From contig CAPRTS010000003.1 in NCBI GenBank assembly GCA_948695535.1, forward strand, positions 21,107-85,106: a stretch of 64,000 nucleotides of DNA, written 5' to 3'. The notes under the pieces were generated by a model. That model was not told where the DNA came from. It saw only the letters and a list, made by a program, of their open reading frames with translations, and did not search any database. This document shows, piece after piece, positions 46,682-56,200 of the stretch. Every line of letters begins with the position of its first letter. Position 1 is the stretch's first letter. This DNA is from an uncultured Eubacteriales bacterium (GTDB lineage Bacteria > Bacillota > Clostridia > Christensenellales > UBA1242). The position numbers and the translations under genes were made by a program.

Positions 46682-47188
46682 ATGAACCCTAGCCGCGTAA
46701 CACCGGAAGAATTTGTGGCGGTGATCGAAATTCCGCGGGGCAGTAAAAAGAAATACGAATTGGACAAAGAAACCGGCATGATTATTTTAGATCGTGTGTT
46801 ACGAACAGCAACGCATTATCCGTGTTCTTATGGTTTTATCCCTTTAACTTTGTCGGAAGACGGTGACCCATTAGATGTGATGGTGATTTGTTCGGAAACT
46901 TTGGATCCTAACACCTTGGTTAAATGTCGTCCCATTGGTTTAATTGAAATGATTGACAAAGGCGAACGTGACGAAAAAATTATTGCGGTGGCGGTGGACG
47001 ACCCGTACGTTAACCATTATCAAGATATTAAAGATGTGCCAGCGGTGATGATTAACGAAATTGAACATTTCTTGAAAGTTTACAAAAATACGACCGATAA
47101 GGTTGAAGTTTTCAAACCGAAGGCAAAAGCCGATGCCACGAAGATCATCAAAGTAGCAATTGACACTTACCAAAAAGACGTGTTATAA
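46682..47188 (+). CDS. ppa: inorganic pyrophosphatase (family I)
   Basis: VIEIPRGSKKKYELDKETG, YGFIP.T..EDGDPLDV, DEKIIAV. Start ambiguous (in-frame ATGs at 46637, 46655 and 46682). Confidence 0.85.
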   Translation: MNPSRVTPEEFVAVIEIPRGSKKKYELDKETGMIILDRVLRTATHYPCSYGFIPLTLSEDGDPLDVMVICSETLDPNTLVKCRPIGLIEMIDKGERDEKIIAVAVDDPYVNHYQDIKDVPAVMINEIEHFLKVYKNTTDKVEVFKPKAKADATKIIKVAIDTYQKDVL

Positions 47189-47189
47189 T
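47160..47189 (+). promoter_or_regulatory. promoter of the rpsB-tsf operon, embedded in the ppa 3' end
   Basis: TTGACA (47160-47165), N18, TGtTATAAT (hexamer 47184-47189). A leader of about 95 nt ends in AAGGAGG (47281-47287). Confidence 0.5.
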
Positions 47190-47208
47190 ACTAAACATTA
47201 AAATTTCA

Positions 47209-47270
47209 CTTTGGTGTGAGCGTTTACTTGTTGCGGCGAAACCGTTTAGCGAACGCGAAGACCACCAAAG
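47209..47270 (+). promoter_or_regulatory. structured 5' leader of rpsB (possible S2 autoregulatory element)
   Basis: 8-bp long-range helix CTTTGGTG (47209-47216) / CACCAAAG (47263-47270). It encloses an inner helix GCGTT (47220-47224) / AACGC (47252-47256). Confidence 0.3.
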
Positions 47271-47292
47271 GCAGACAAACAAGGAGGAAAAT

Positions 47293-48135
47293 ATGTCAGT
47301 AATTTCAATGAAACAATTATTAGAGTCGGGGGTGCACTTTGGCCATCAAGTAAGTAAGTGGAACCCAAAGATGAAGAAATATATCTTTACCGCGCGCAAT
47401 AATGTCCACATCCTAAATTTGGAACAAACTACCGTCTTGATTGATCGGGCTTACGAATTTTTGCGTGATCAAGTTGCGAAAGGTAAAAAAGTACTGTTTG
47501 TTGGTACTAAAAAGCAAGCTGAAGAGGCAATCAAAACCGAAGCCGAACGTTGTGGTGCGTATTATGTTAACAGCCGCTTCTTAGGCGGTACGTTAACGAA
47601 CTTTGCAACGATTCGCAGTCGCGTTGAGCGCATGAATAAATTGCACACTATGGAAAAGATGGGTGAATTTGCCTATTTGCCTAAAAAAGAAGTTGCCAAA
47701 TTAATGGATGAACGGGATAAACTGGAAAAAAATTTGCGCGGTATTGCGGAAATGACTTCTTTACCGGGAGTAGTGGTAGTTGTCGATTCGAAAAAAGAAC
47801 ACATCGCGGTAGGTGAAGCGCGTAAATTAGGTATCCCAGTAATTGGTATTATTGACACTAACTGCGACCCTGATGATGTTGACATTATTATTCCCGCTAA
47901 TGATGATGCTACCCGCAGTGTTAGTTTGATTTTAGCTGCTTTGGCAGACGCAGTAATTGAAGCCAAAGAAGGTGTAGAGTTACGTTCTACCGTCGGGGAA
48001 AAAGAAACCGTTTCAATGGCAACCGCTATTCGTTCCAAGGCAGTCTTGGAACCAGTAGAAAAGAAAGACGAAGAATACATTAAGGCACCTAAGGTTGTGT
48101 CCGAAAAAGTTAAAAATGAAAATGGAGATAAATAA
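47293..48135 (+). CDS. rpsB: 30S ribosomal protein S2 (with C-terminal extension)
   Basis: LLESGVHFGHQVSKWNPKM, LFVGTKKQA and IDTNCDPD motifs. Confidence 0.95.
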   Translation: MSVISMKQLLESGVHFGHQVSKWNPKMKKYIFTARNNVHILNLEQTTVLIDRAYEFLRDQVAKGKKVLFVGTKKQAEEAIKTEAERCGAYYVNSRFLGGTLTNFATIRSRVERMNKLHTMEKMGEFAYLPKKEVAKLMDERDKLEKNLRGIAEMTSLPGVVVVVDSKKEHIAVGEARKLGIPVIGIIDTNCDPDDVDIIIPANDDATRSVSLILAALADAVIEAKEGVELRSTVGEKETVSMATAIRSKAVLEPVEKKDEEYIKAPKVVSEKVKNENGDK

Positions 48136-48136
48136 A

Positions 48137-48787
48137 ATGAACAATGACATTATGAAATTAAAAGAAGCGACCGGGGCCGGAGTTTTAGATTGTAAGAAAG
48201 CCTTAGACGAAACTAAGGGTAATTACGACAAAGCGGTTGCTTTGTTGCGCGAAAAAGGACAAGCCAAGGCGTTGAAAAAAGGCGCCAGCGATCGCATTGC
48301 GGCCGAAGGGGTAGTGGGTTCTTATATTCACTTAGGTGGCAAAATTGGCGTTTTGGTAGAAATTAACTGTGAAACTGATTTCGCCCAAAAAAGTGATAAG
48401 TTTAATCAATTAGTTAAGGATGTTGCTATGCACATCGCGGCAGCGAACCCCAAATACGTTAATGCCAAAGAGGTACCAGCGGACGAATTGAACAAAGAAA
48501 AAGAAATTTTGAAAAAGCAGGCGTTGAAAGAGGGTAAACCGGCCGCAATTATTGACAAAATGGTGGAAGGGCGTATTAAAAAATACTATCAAGATTTTTG
48601 CTTAATGGATCAGGCCTTTATTAAAGACCCGTCAAAAACAATTGCGGACGTAGTTAACGAAACAATTGCTTTCGTCGGTGAAAAAATTACGGTTCGTCGT
48701 TTTGTACGTTACGAAATGGGTGAAGGTATTGAAAAGCAAACGCAAGATTTTGCTGCTGAGGTTTCCAAAACAATTGCAGCTAAGTAA
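48137..48787 (+). CDS. tsf: elongation factor Ts (short form)
   Basis: IMKLKEATGAGVLDCKKALDET.GNYDKAV..LREKG and VEINCETDF. ATG 9 nt after GGAG. The track ORF starts further upstream, inside rpsB. Confidence 0.9.
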   Translation: MNNDIMKLKEATGAGVLDCKKALDETKGNYDKAVALLREKGQAKALKKGASDRIAAEGVVGSYIHLGGKIGVLVEINCETDFAQKSDKFNQLVKDVAMHIAAANPKYVNAKEVPADELNKEKEILKKQALKEGKPAAIIDKMVEGRIKKYYQDFCLMDQAFIKDPSKTIADVVNETIAFVGEKITVRRFVRYEMGEGIEKQTQDFAAEVSKTIAAK

Positions 48788-48796
48788 GGGGGGATT

Positions 48797-49372
48797 ATGG
48801 ATTATCTAAACGATAAATTAAATCTTATATTGGCTTCTTATGAAGAAAAACTTAATAAACGTTTCGATTTTTTAAAAAATGAATTTATTGCAATTCGTGC
48901 GGGGCGTGTGGATACACGTATTGTCGAACGGGTTACGGTCGATTACTTTGGCACAATGACCCCAATTAAAAATTTAGCCAATATCTCTTGCGCCGATGCC
49001 CGTACAATTGTCATTAATCCTTGGGATGCTTCTGTATTATCACCAATGGTTAAGGCCTTAGGTGCGGCCAATTTGGGAACGGCACCCGTTGATGATGGTC
49101 GTATTATTCGTATGGTTTTTCCGCAATTAACTGAGGAAAGCCGTAAGGATTTGGTTAAAAAAGTGCGTAAAATTGCGGAAGAATCGCGAGTTGGTATGCG
49201 TAACGAACGTCGTGATGCGCTTGATCAAGTGAAAAAAACTAACAACGAAACTAAATTGAGTGAAGATGATGTCAAAAACATCGAATCCGATATTCAAAAA
49301 TTGTTAGATGATTACATTGGTAATGTAGACGCGGTTTTGGCACAAAAAGAAAAAGATATTATGACCATTTAA
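48797..49372 (+). CDS. frr: ribosome recycling factor
   Basis: FIAIRAGRVDTRIVERVTVDYFG, NLGTAPVDDGRIIRMVFPQLTEESR and IRNERRDA-like motifs. Confidence 0.9.
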   Translation: MDYLNDKLNLILASYEEKLNKRFDFLKNEFIAIRAGRVDTRIVERVTVDYFGTMTPIKNLANISCADARTIVINPWDASVLSPMVKALGAANLGTAPVDDGRIIRMVFPQLTEESRKDLVKKVRKIAEESRVGMRNERRDALDQVKKTNNETKLSEDDVKNIESDIQKLLDDYIGNVDAVLAQKEKDIMTI

Positions 49373-49425
49373 GTCGCAAGAAAGACATAGACGGATAATA
49401 ATATTTGTATTATAATATATGCTAT

Positions 49426-50379
49426 ATGGCGATGTCGAATTTTAACAAACGATTAATAACGTCCATTTGTCTGGTGGTGGCATTTGCGGGCATCTTTTTG
49501 TTGCGGGCGTGGGTAGTAAACGTCGGCATGTATGTTTTTGATGCAGTAGCGTTAGTAGCAACAGCCATTGGTATTTGGGAACTTTGCAATGCAAAACAAC
49601 TAAATCGTCGTGGTGCCAACGCTTACGTTGCGTGGATTGTGTGTGGCTTAATTTATTTTTTCTACATTATTGGAGCGGCTATTTTGTCACCACATTTACC
49701 TTGGTGGTTGCAGTTGCTAGTTTCATTAATGATAATTGGCATATTTGTATTATTCATTGGCTTGTCTAATTTATTAGACAAAAAAATGGCCAAAGAATGT
49801 GCTCTGCAAAAAAAAGACTTTAATCGCGAGGCTTGGGGTGGGGCGTGGGATTTGTTGCAAATGATTATTTACCCGGGAGCTTTATTCGCGTGTGCCATAA
49901 TTTTGAATCACATGACTGAACATCATTTGGGTTTGCTGGGTTTATTATTGATTGTGTTCACTTCTTGTTTGTCGGATACATTGGCTTATACGGCGGGCAT
50001 GGTTCTAGGTCGGGGTGCCGCCAAGATGGCACCTAAAATCAGTCCTAATAAAACGTGGGTTGGCTTTGTGGGGAGTTTATTTGGTGGCGTCTTGGGAGCA
50101 TTGATTGTTGTCTGGATTATTAGTGCGGACAAAGTGGCTGCTGATTATTTAATTCAAAAGTTTGGTGATGCAGTGATGGTACAACTTTGTTTCGCAATAA
50201 TTGGCTTAATTAGTGCTTTTGTAACCGCAATGGGTGATCTGTTCGCAAGTTACATAAAACGTAAAGCCAATATAAAGGATTTTAGCCATATCTTGCCGGG
50301 ACATGGTGGTGTGTTGGATCGTTTCGATGGCATTATTTTTAATGTCCCGTTCATATTGTTGATAATGGGGATAATATAA
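49426..50379 (+). CDS. cdsA: phosphatidate cytidylyltransferase
   Basis: Multi-TM protein with SDTLAYTAG..LG and the C-terminal KRKANIKDFSHILPGHGGVLDRFD signature. Start uncertain (TTG at 49405 also in frame). Confidence 0.8.
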   Translation: MAMSNFNKRLITSICLVVAFAGIFLLRAWVVNVGMYVFDAVALVATAIGIWELCNAKQLNRRGANAYVAWIVCGLIYFFYIIGAAILSPHLPWWLQLLVSLMIIGIFVLFIGLSNLLDKKMAKECALQKKDFNREAWGGAWDLLQMIIYPGALFACAIILNHMTEHHLGLLGLLLIVFTSCLSDTLAYTAGMVLGRGAAKMAPKISPNKTWVGFVGSLFGGVLGALIVVWIISADKVAADYLIQKFGDAVMVQLCFAIIGLISAFVTAMGDLFASYIKRKANIKDFSHILPGHGGVLDRFDGIIFNVPFILLIMGII

Positions 50380-50382
50380 GCA

Positions 50383-51579
50383 ATGGCACAATTTCTTGGC
50401 GTTTTACAGACCGTTGGCTATTTAGCATTAGCCATTTTGTTGCTGATGTTGATGATTACTATCCACGAATTCGGCCACTATATTACCGCCAAATTGTTAC
50501 GGTTTAAGGTTTATGAGTTCTCCATTGGTATGGGAAAGCAAATTTACAAAAAAGTTAAAAAGAATGGTGAAATTTTTTCAATTCGTTTGATTCCTGTTGG
50601 TGGTTATTGTGCTTTTGGTGAAGATGATCCTAACATACCCGATACGGATCCTAATTCTTTTAACAACAAAGCCCCCTGGAAACGTTTAATAGTACTGTTT
50701 TCGGGTGCATTTTTTAATTTCATCTCGGCCATTATCTTTGCGGTAATTTTATTATGCTTAGTTGGCTATGGACGAGTAATAGTAGTAGGTACCGAATTTA
50801 ACAATCGGGACTATGGTTCTGTTGAGGGTGCTGCCGAAAAAATAACTTTGACAGAAATTTTGAATGCACCAGCAAACGCAGTAACTGTCGATGGTACAGG
50901 ATTTGTTTTTACTGATACAATGCAAATTGAGAGTATCAATGGTCATCAAATGAATTTAATGCCAACCACGGGAGCCAATACAATTTTACAAAATGCTAAA
51001 ACGGGTAACGACGTTAATTTGGCGGTAATTGTGTCAGGGCAAAAAGAACGCGTAGCGGTAACCATTAAAGGTATTACCGAGCGGCAATGGTCGGCTATCG
51101 GTAATGCGGGATACGCCTTGCCACCTGACGAAGGAATTTACCACAATTTTGGCGGGGCGTTACTGAAAGCAGTGCCGTTTTCTTTTGAAATTGCTGGTAT
51201 GGTTTTGCAAATATTGGGGCAACTGGTAACCGGACAACTGGGGATGAATGCGGTCGGAGGTACTGTGGCGACCGTGTCCGTCATGGGTTCCAGCATCGGT
51301 CAAGCTTTGGCTTTACCGGCGGATATGGCGTTTGCACAAATATGTTTTTTAATTACCTTAATTAGCATTAATTTAGCGGTATTTAACTGGTTGCCGATTC
51401 CCTCATTGGATGGGGCAAGAATGGTTTTTGTAATTATTGAATGGATTCGTGGTAAACCCGTTAACCGTAATTTGGAAGCCAAAATTCACGCGATTGGCAT
51501 TATCTGTTTGATGGGTTTTGTGGTTTTTGCGGATTTATTTTGGGTTATTAACAGTTTGAGTATGCATATGCTGCTGTGA
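50383..51579 (+). CDS. rseP: RIP metalloprotease RseP/YluC-like (M50 family)
   Basis: HEFGHY zinc motif in TM1. C-terminal NWLPIPSLDGAR motif. The central PDZ-like region is divergent. Confidence 0.8.
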   Translation: MAQFLGVLQTVGYLALAILLLMLMITIHEFGHYITAKLLRFKVYEFSIGMGKQIYKKVKKNGEIFSIRLIPVGGYCAFGEDDPNIPDTDPNSFNNKAPWKRLIVLFSGAFFNFISAIIFAVILLCLVGYGRVIVVGTEFNNRDYGSVEGAAEKITLTEILNAPANAVTVDGTGFVFTDTMQIESINGHQMNLMPTTGANTILQNAKTGNDVNLAVIVSGQKERVAVTIKGITERQWSAIGNAGYALPPDEGIYHNFGGALLKAVPFSFEIAGMVLQILGQLVTGQLGMNAVGGTVATVSVMGSSIGQALALPADMAFAQICFLITLISINLAVFNWLPIPSLDGARMVFVIIEWIRGKPVNRNLEAKIHAIGIICLMGFVVFADLFWVINSLSMHMLL

Positions 51580-51590
51580 AGGTGGTAGAT

Positions 51591-52076
51591 ATGAAAAACG
51601 TTGAAGAATTTTTGTACTATAACGAGAACCAAAATTACGCTTACTTAAAGTTTGTTAATTGTACGTATTACCAAATAAAACAGCGTCTGGTGGTGCACTA
51701 TATTTACGCCGAAGAAATTGAGCAACAATTACTAACCTTAAAAAAACGTTTAGAAACTTTGTTTATACAACAAGTAGGCTTACCAATTAAGTACGAATTT
51801 GTCTATAAAAAAGTTTATGCCGATGTTTTAACTTTGCAATTAGAAATTGTGTCCTTTTTGCACCGTCGTTTTGGCGCTTTATCACGGGGAACGACGGACG
51901 AAAATGTACAAGTCCGGTTGGTCAACAATTCTTTACAAATTAACTTGTTTTTACCACCAATACTTATTGACTTTCTCCATAACAGTCAGCAATGGCATAA
52001 ATTTCAACAGGGTTTGAAAAGTAAATGCTTTTACGACTTTCAATTTTTTATGAATCCAACGGAAAAACTTGCGTAA
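51591..52076 (+). CDS. hypothetical protein
   Basis: 162-aa ORF with a GAAGGTGG SD 5-6 nt upstream of ATG 51591. No family recognised. Confidence 0.55.
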   Translation: MKNVEEFLYYNENQNYAYLKFVNCTYYQIKQRLVVHYIYAEEIEQQLLTLKKRLETLFIQQVGLPIKYEFVYKKVYADVLTLQLEIVSFLHRRFGALSRGTTDENVQVRLVNNSLQINLFLPPILIDFLHNSQQWHKFQQGLKSKCFYDFQFFMNPTEKLA

Positions 52077-52091
52077 TTTGGGGGTAACGAC

Positions 52092-52859
52092 TTAAAGCCG
52101 GTGTTTAATATTGGCTAACGCGTTTTTTTCTAAACGGGAAACTTGGGCTTGGCTGATCCCAATTTCGTTACTGATTTCCATTTGGGTTTTGCCGTCGTAG
52201 TATCGGCGTAACAAAATGTCACGTTCTTTGTGTACCAAATTATTGATTGCATCGTGCAGTAATTTATTGCCTAACCAATCATCACAGGTGCTGGTTTCGG
52301 CAGGTAATTGTTCTAACATGGATATACTGTCGGCATTATGTTCGCCAAGTGGTTCGTCCAAGGAAGTAACATTGCCGGTCGCTGCCAAAGCAAAATAAAC
52401 ATTACTTAACGATTCACCCAGCGTTGCGGCTACTTCTTCCATGGTTACTTCACGAGATAATTGTTTAGTTAAGCGTTCGGCCGTTTGCAATGCTCGGTAG
52501 GCGGTGTCACGAATACTGCGGGAAACATGTATACCACTTTCGTCACGCAAAAAACGGCGTATTTCGCCAATGATCATTGGTACAGCGTAAGTGGAAAATT
52601 TAACATTAAATTTAGGGTTAAAATTATCAATGGCTTTAATCAGCCCAATGCACCCAACTTGGAAAATGTCATCAGCATCACCTTTGGCATGAATGTATTT
52701 TTGAATAACTGATAGTACTAACCGCAAATTAGCAAAAATAAATTGCTGTCGGGCATCCGCATCGCGTTGTCGAATGCGTTCCAACATTGCTAAGGTTTCG
52801 GCGTTAGTGTATTGGGGCAGGATACTGGTATCAATGCCCACAATATCAACTCTTTTCAT
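52092..52859 (-). CDS. sigG: sporulation-type sigma-70 family factor, SigG-like
   Basis: NLRLVLSVIQKY, FSTYAVPMIIGEIRRFLRD, HVSRSIRDTAYRAL and GKTQMEISNEIGISQAQVSRLEKNAL closely follow the SigG/SigF pattern (ISQAQVSRLEK is as in SigG). Confidence 0.75.
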   Translation of the reverse strand: MKRVDIVGIDTSILPQYTNAETLAMLERIRQRDADARQQFIFANLRLVLSVIQKYIHAKGDADDIFQVGCIGLIKAIDNFNPKFNVKFSTYAVPMIIGEIRRFLRDESGIHVSRSIRDTAYRALQTAERLTKQLSREVTMEEVAATLGESLSNVYFALAATGNVTSLDEPLGEHNADSISMLEQLPAETSTCDDWLGNKLLHDAINNLVHKERDILLRRYYDGKTQMEISNEIGISQAQVSRLEKNALANIKHRL

Positions 52860-52930
52860 TAGTATAATTTTTTCCAATAGAACTGAAATTATTCTCAAAT
52901 CTTGTCAACTATTGTCATATATATAATACA

Positions 52931-53254
52931 ATGAGTGTTGAATTGTCATTTTGTGAACTGCGTACCAAAATGGTGATCAACGTGGTTGATGGCAAGGCGT
53001 TAGGACGAATTGTCGATATTGTTTTCTCACGGGAAACCTCCAAAGTGGTGGGTGTAGTTGTTCCCGGGGACAAAGGGTTTCATTTATGGGGGCGCAAAGG
53101 CGATTTATTTATCCCTTACGACCGTATTATTCGTATTGGAATTGATGTCGTTTTGGTTGAATTACGACCATTAAGTGGTTATCAACACCGTGGCGAAGAC
53201 TGTCGTCCAAGTCATAGCGAATGTAGCAGTTGTAACTTGTTACCACCACATTAA
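52931..53254 (+). CDS. YlmC/YmxH family sporulation protein (PRC-barrel) with a Cys/His-rich C-terminal tail
   Basis: FCELRTKMVINVVDGKALGRIVDIVF...VVGVVVPG...IPYDRIIRIGIDVVLVE is the family pattern. An extra tail of about 25 aa follows. Confidence 0.8.
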   Translation: MSVELSFCELRTKMVINVVDGKALGRIVDIVFSRETSKVVGVVVPGDKGFHLWGRKGDLFIPYDRIIRIGIDVVLVELRPLSGYQHRGEDCRPSHSECSSCNLLPPH

Positions 53255-56200
53255 GAACGTTTACGAAAACGAGTTTGTTTGGCTTTGAAAGCGTCAATAT
53301 CACCCGTTGGTTCTGGACTGTCAATAACCAGTTCACCATTATCAGCGTCGGGGTTACGGTGATAAAGTTTAGTATAACCGCATTTTACTGCTTCGGCCAT
53401 AATGCCCATACCGTTGGACATATCAATACCTTGGTTGATACAAGTAGCCATCGCGATAACCAGAGACGGGCCATGGTAAGCGGTGGCTTCTTTGAAGACG
53501 CGTAAAGTGTGTTCCATGTTTGCCCCCATTGCGACTTGGGCTACGTAAACGTGGGGGTATTGCATCATCATGCCGCCCAAATCTTTTTTATCGGTGGTTT
53601 TACCACGCGCTGCAAATTTGGCAATAGCTCCTTTGGGTGTTGCTTTACTGGCTTGCCCACCAGTGTTTGAATAGACTTCAGTATCCAGTACTAGAATGTT
53701 AATATCTTCGTGGGACGATAATACGTGGTCTAAACCGCCAAAACCGATATCATAAGCCCAGCCGTCACCACCAATTACCCAAACAATTTGGTCAGTTTTG
53801 CCCTGTAAATTTAAAGCCTTACGCAAACCAAAACCAAACTCAGCATTATCTTCGAATAAACTGTTAGCCCACGCCGGGCCATGGCCTTGGTCATTTTTGG
53901 CGTACGGGCAAGTGGGGGAACTGCCACCATATATTGACGAACAACCGGTTGCATTAGCAATGATTAATTTATCGCCGTATAGCTGAGTTAACAATTTAAT
54001 ATAAGGTGTTTCTCCACAACCCGCACAGGCTCCTGAAAATTCAAATAACGGACGGTTAAATTGTGCCAACTTAACGTTAGTCGGGGTAACTTTGGTGTCC
54101 GGTAGAGTCAAACTGAACGCGTAATTCTCGTCTTCGTGAACCTGGTCAAAAGGTTTCATAACTATGGCTTTGTTGCGAGCAGGACAAACTTGAGCACAAG
54201 AGCCACACCCCGTGCAGTCGTGTGGTGAAATTTGTACGCGGTACTTTGCGTTAGGTTGATTTGGTACACCGATGGCTTTGATCGTTTGAAAACTATCGGG
54301 AGTTGGTTGGTCGGTTAAGACTGGACGAATTGTGGCGTGCGGACAAACCATAGCACAACGGTTACATTGGATACAGTGTTCGGGTAGCCATTGGGGCAGA
54401 CTGGTGGCAATGTCGCGTTTTTCGTACTGGGTAGTTGCGGTCGGGGCTTGCCCGTCGGGGGTAAAAGCCGAAACCGGTAAGGAGTCGCCTTCTAAACTGT
54501 TAATCAAATCGATGTTGGTCTTTTTTGCTGGTTTAGTGGTTGTGGCGGTTACGGTTAAAGTGTTGACGTCAATCGCGTGCAACGCTGTTTCGGCACTATC
54601 AACCGCGCGGTTGTTCATCTCGACCACGGCCGGACCTTTTTTACCGTAGGTTTTGACAATTGACGCTTTTAACAACTCTTTGCTACGTTGATAATCAATC
54701 AAGTTGATTAACTTAAAAAAAGCAGCCTGCATAATGGTATTAATGCGACCACCAAGCCCCAATTCCTTGGCAATTTGATAGGCATTAATAATGTAAAAAT
54801 TGATGTGTTTATCCCGCAATGTCTGTTTGACATTATTAGGTAATATAGCATCAATGCTGTCCGCGTTATAAGTGGTGTTCAACAAAAAAGTTCCGCCATC
54901 AACGATGCCAGCCAGCATGTCAAACTTAGTTAAAAATGTTTGGTTATGGCACGCGACAAAAGTTGGGTGTGTTACTAAGTAAGCACTATGTATTGGCTGT
55001 TTACCAAAGCGTAAATGCGAAATGGTGGTACCGCCACTTTTCTTGCTGTCGTAGGCAAAGTAGGCCTGACAGTATAAATCGGTATTATCGCCGATAATAG
55101 CACAACTGTTTTTATTGGCTCCGACCGTGCCGTCACTGCCTAAACCGTAAAAGCGACAACCACCTTGTGGGTGTAAATCGGGACGTGGAATAACGGTTAA
55201 AGATGTGTGACAGACGTCATCGTTAATACCAACCGTAAACTGTTCACGCGGTGACGGGGCGGTAGCATTGGCGTAAATAGCCGCGACCATGTCAGGAGTG
55301 AATTCTTTACCGGCTAAGCCGTAACGTCCCGCGATGACTTTATTAACTTTTACTGTGGCCTTAACGTCCAAATATAGCGGGTCACCAACTGCACCATTTT
55401 CTTTGGTACGATCTAAAACGGTGATTGTTTTCACGCTGGCGGGTAAGGCTTGGCGCAAGTGCTCTGCCGAAAATGGTCGGTATAAACGCACTTTGATTAA
55501 ACCAAATTTACCATTTAACTTGGGTAAAGTTTCGGCAATCGTTTCACAAGCAGATCCCATTGCTATAATAATGTGTTCGGCGTTAGGATCGCCAATGTAA
55601 TCAAACAAATGATAATTGCGTCCCGTCAATTTGGCAAATTTCTCGAAATATTTTGAAACAATTTTCGGCAATTCGGCTACGTAGGTGGCGGCAGCTTCGC
55701 GGTGTTGGAAAAAAGTATCACTGTTTTCGGTAGTGCCGTACGCCACGGGGTGCTCGGGATTCAAAGCGCGGGTTCGTAAATGCGTCAAGGCTTTATAATT
55801 TAACATTTTTTCGGCAACAGTACTGTCGGGAACAGCTATTTTATTAAACTCGTGACTGGTACGGAAACCATCAAAAAAGTGCATAAATGGGTAACTGGCT
55901 TCGATCGCAGCTAGGTGGGCAATTAAAGCTAAGTCGGCATTTTCTTGCACCGAATTTGAAACCAACATGGCAATGCCAGTACTGCGACAAGCGTAAATGT
56001 CGCTGTGGTCACCGAAAATAGATAAAGCGTGTGTAGCGACCGTACGGGCGGCCACGTGCACGACGGCGGGTAATAATTCGCCAACCATTTTGTAAAGGTT
56101 TGGTATCATTAACAGTAAACCTTGACTGGAAGTAAAGGTGGTTCCTAAGGTACCGCCAAGTAGTAAACCATGCAAGGTCCCCGCGGCACCCGCTTCGCTT

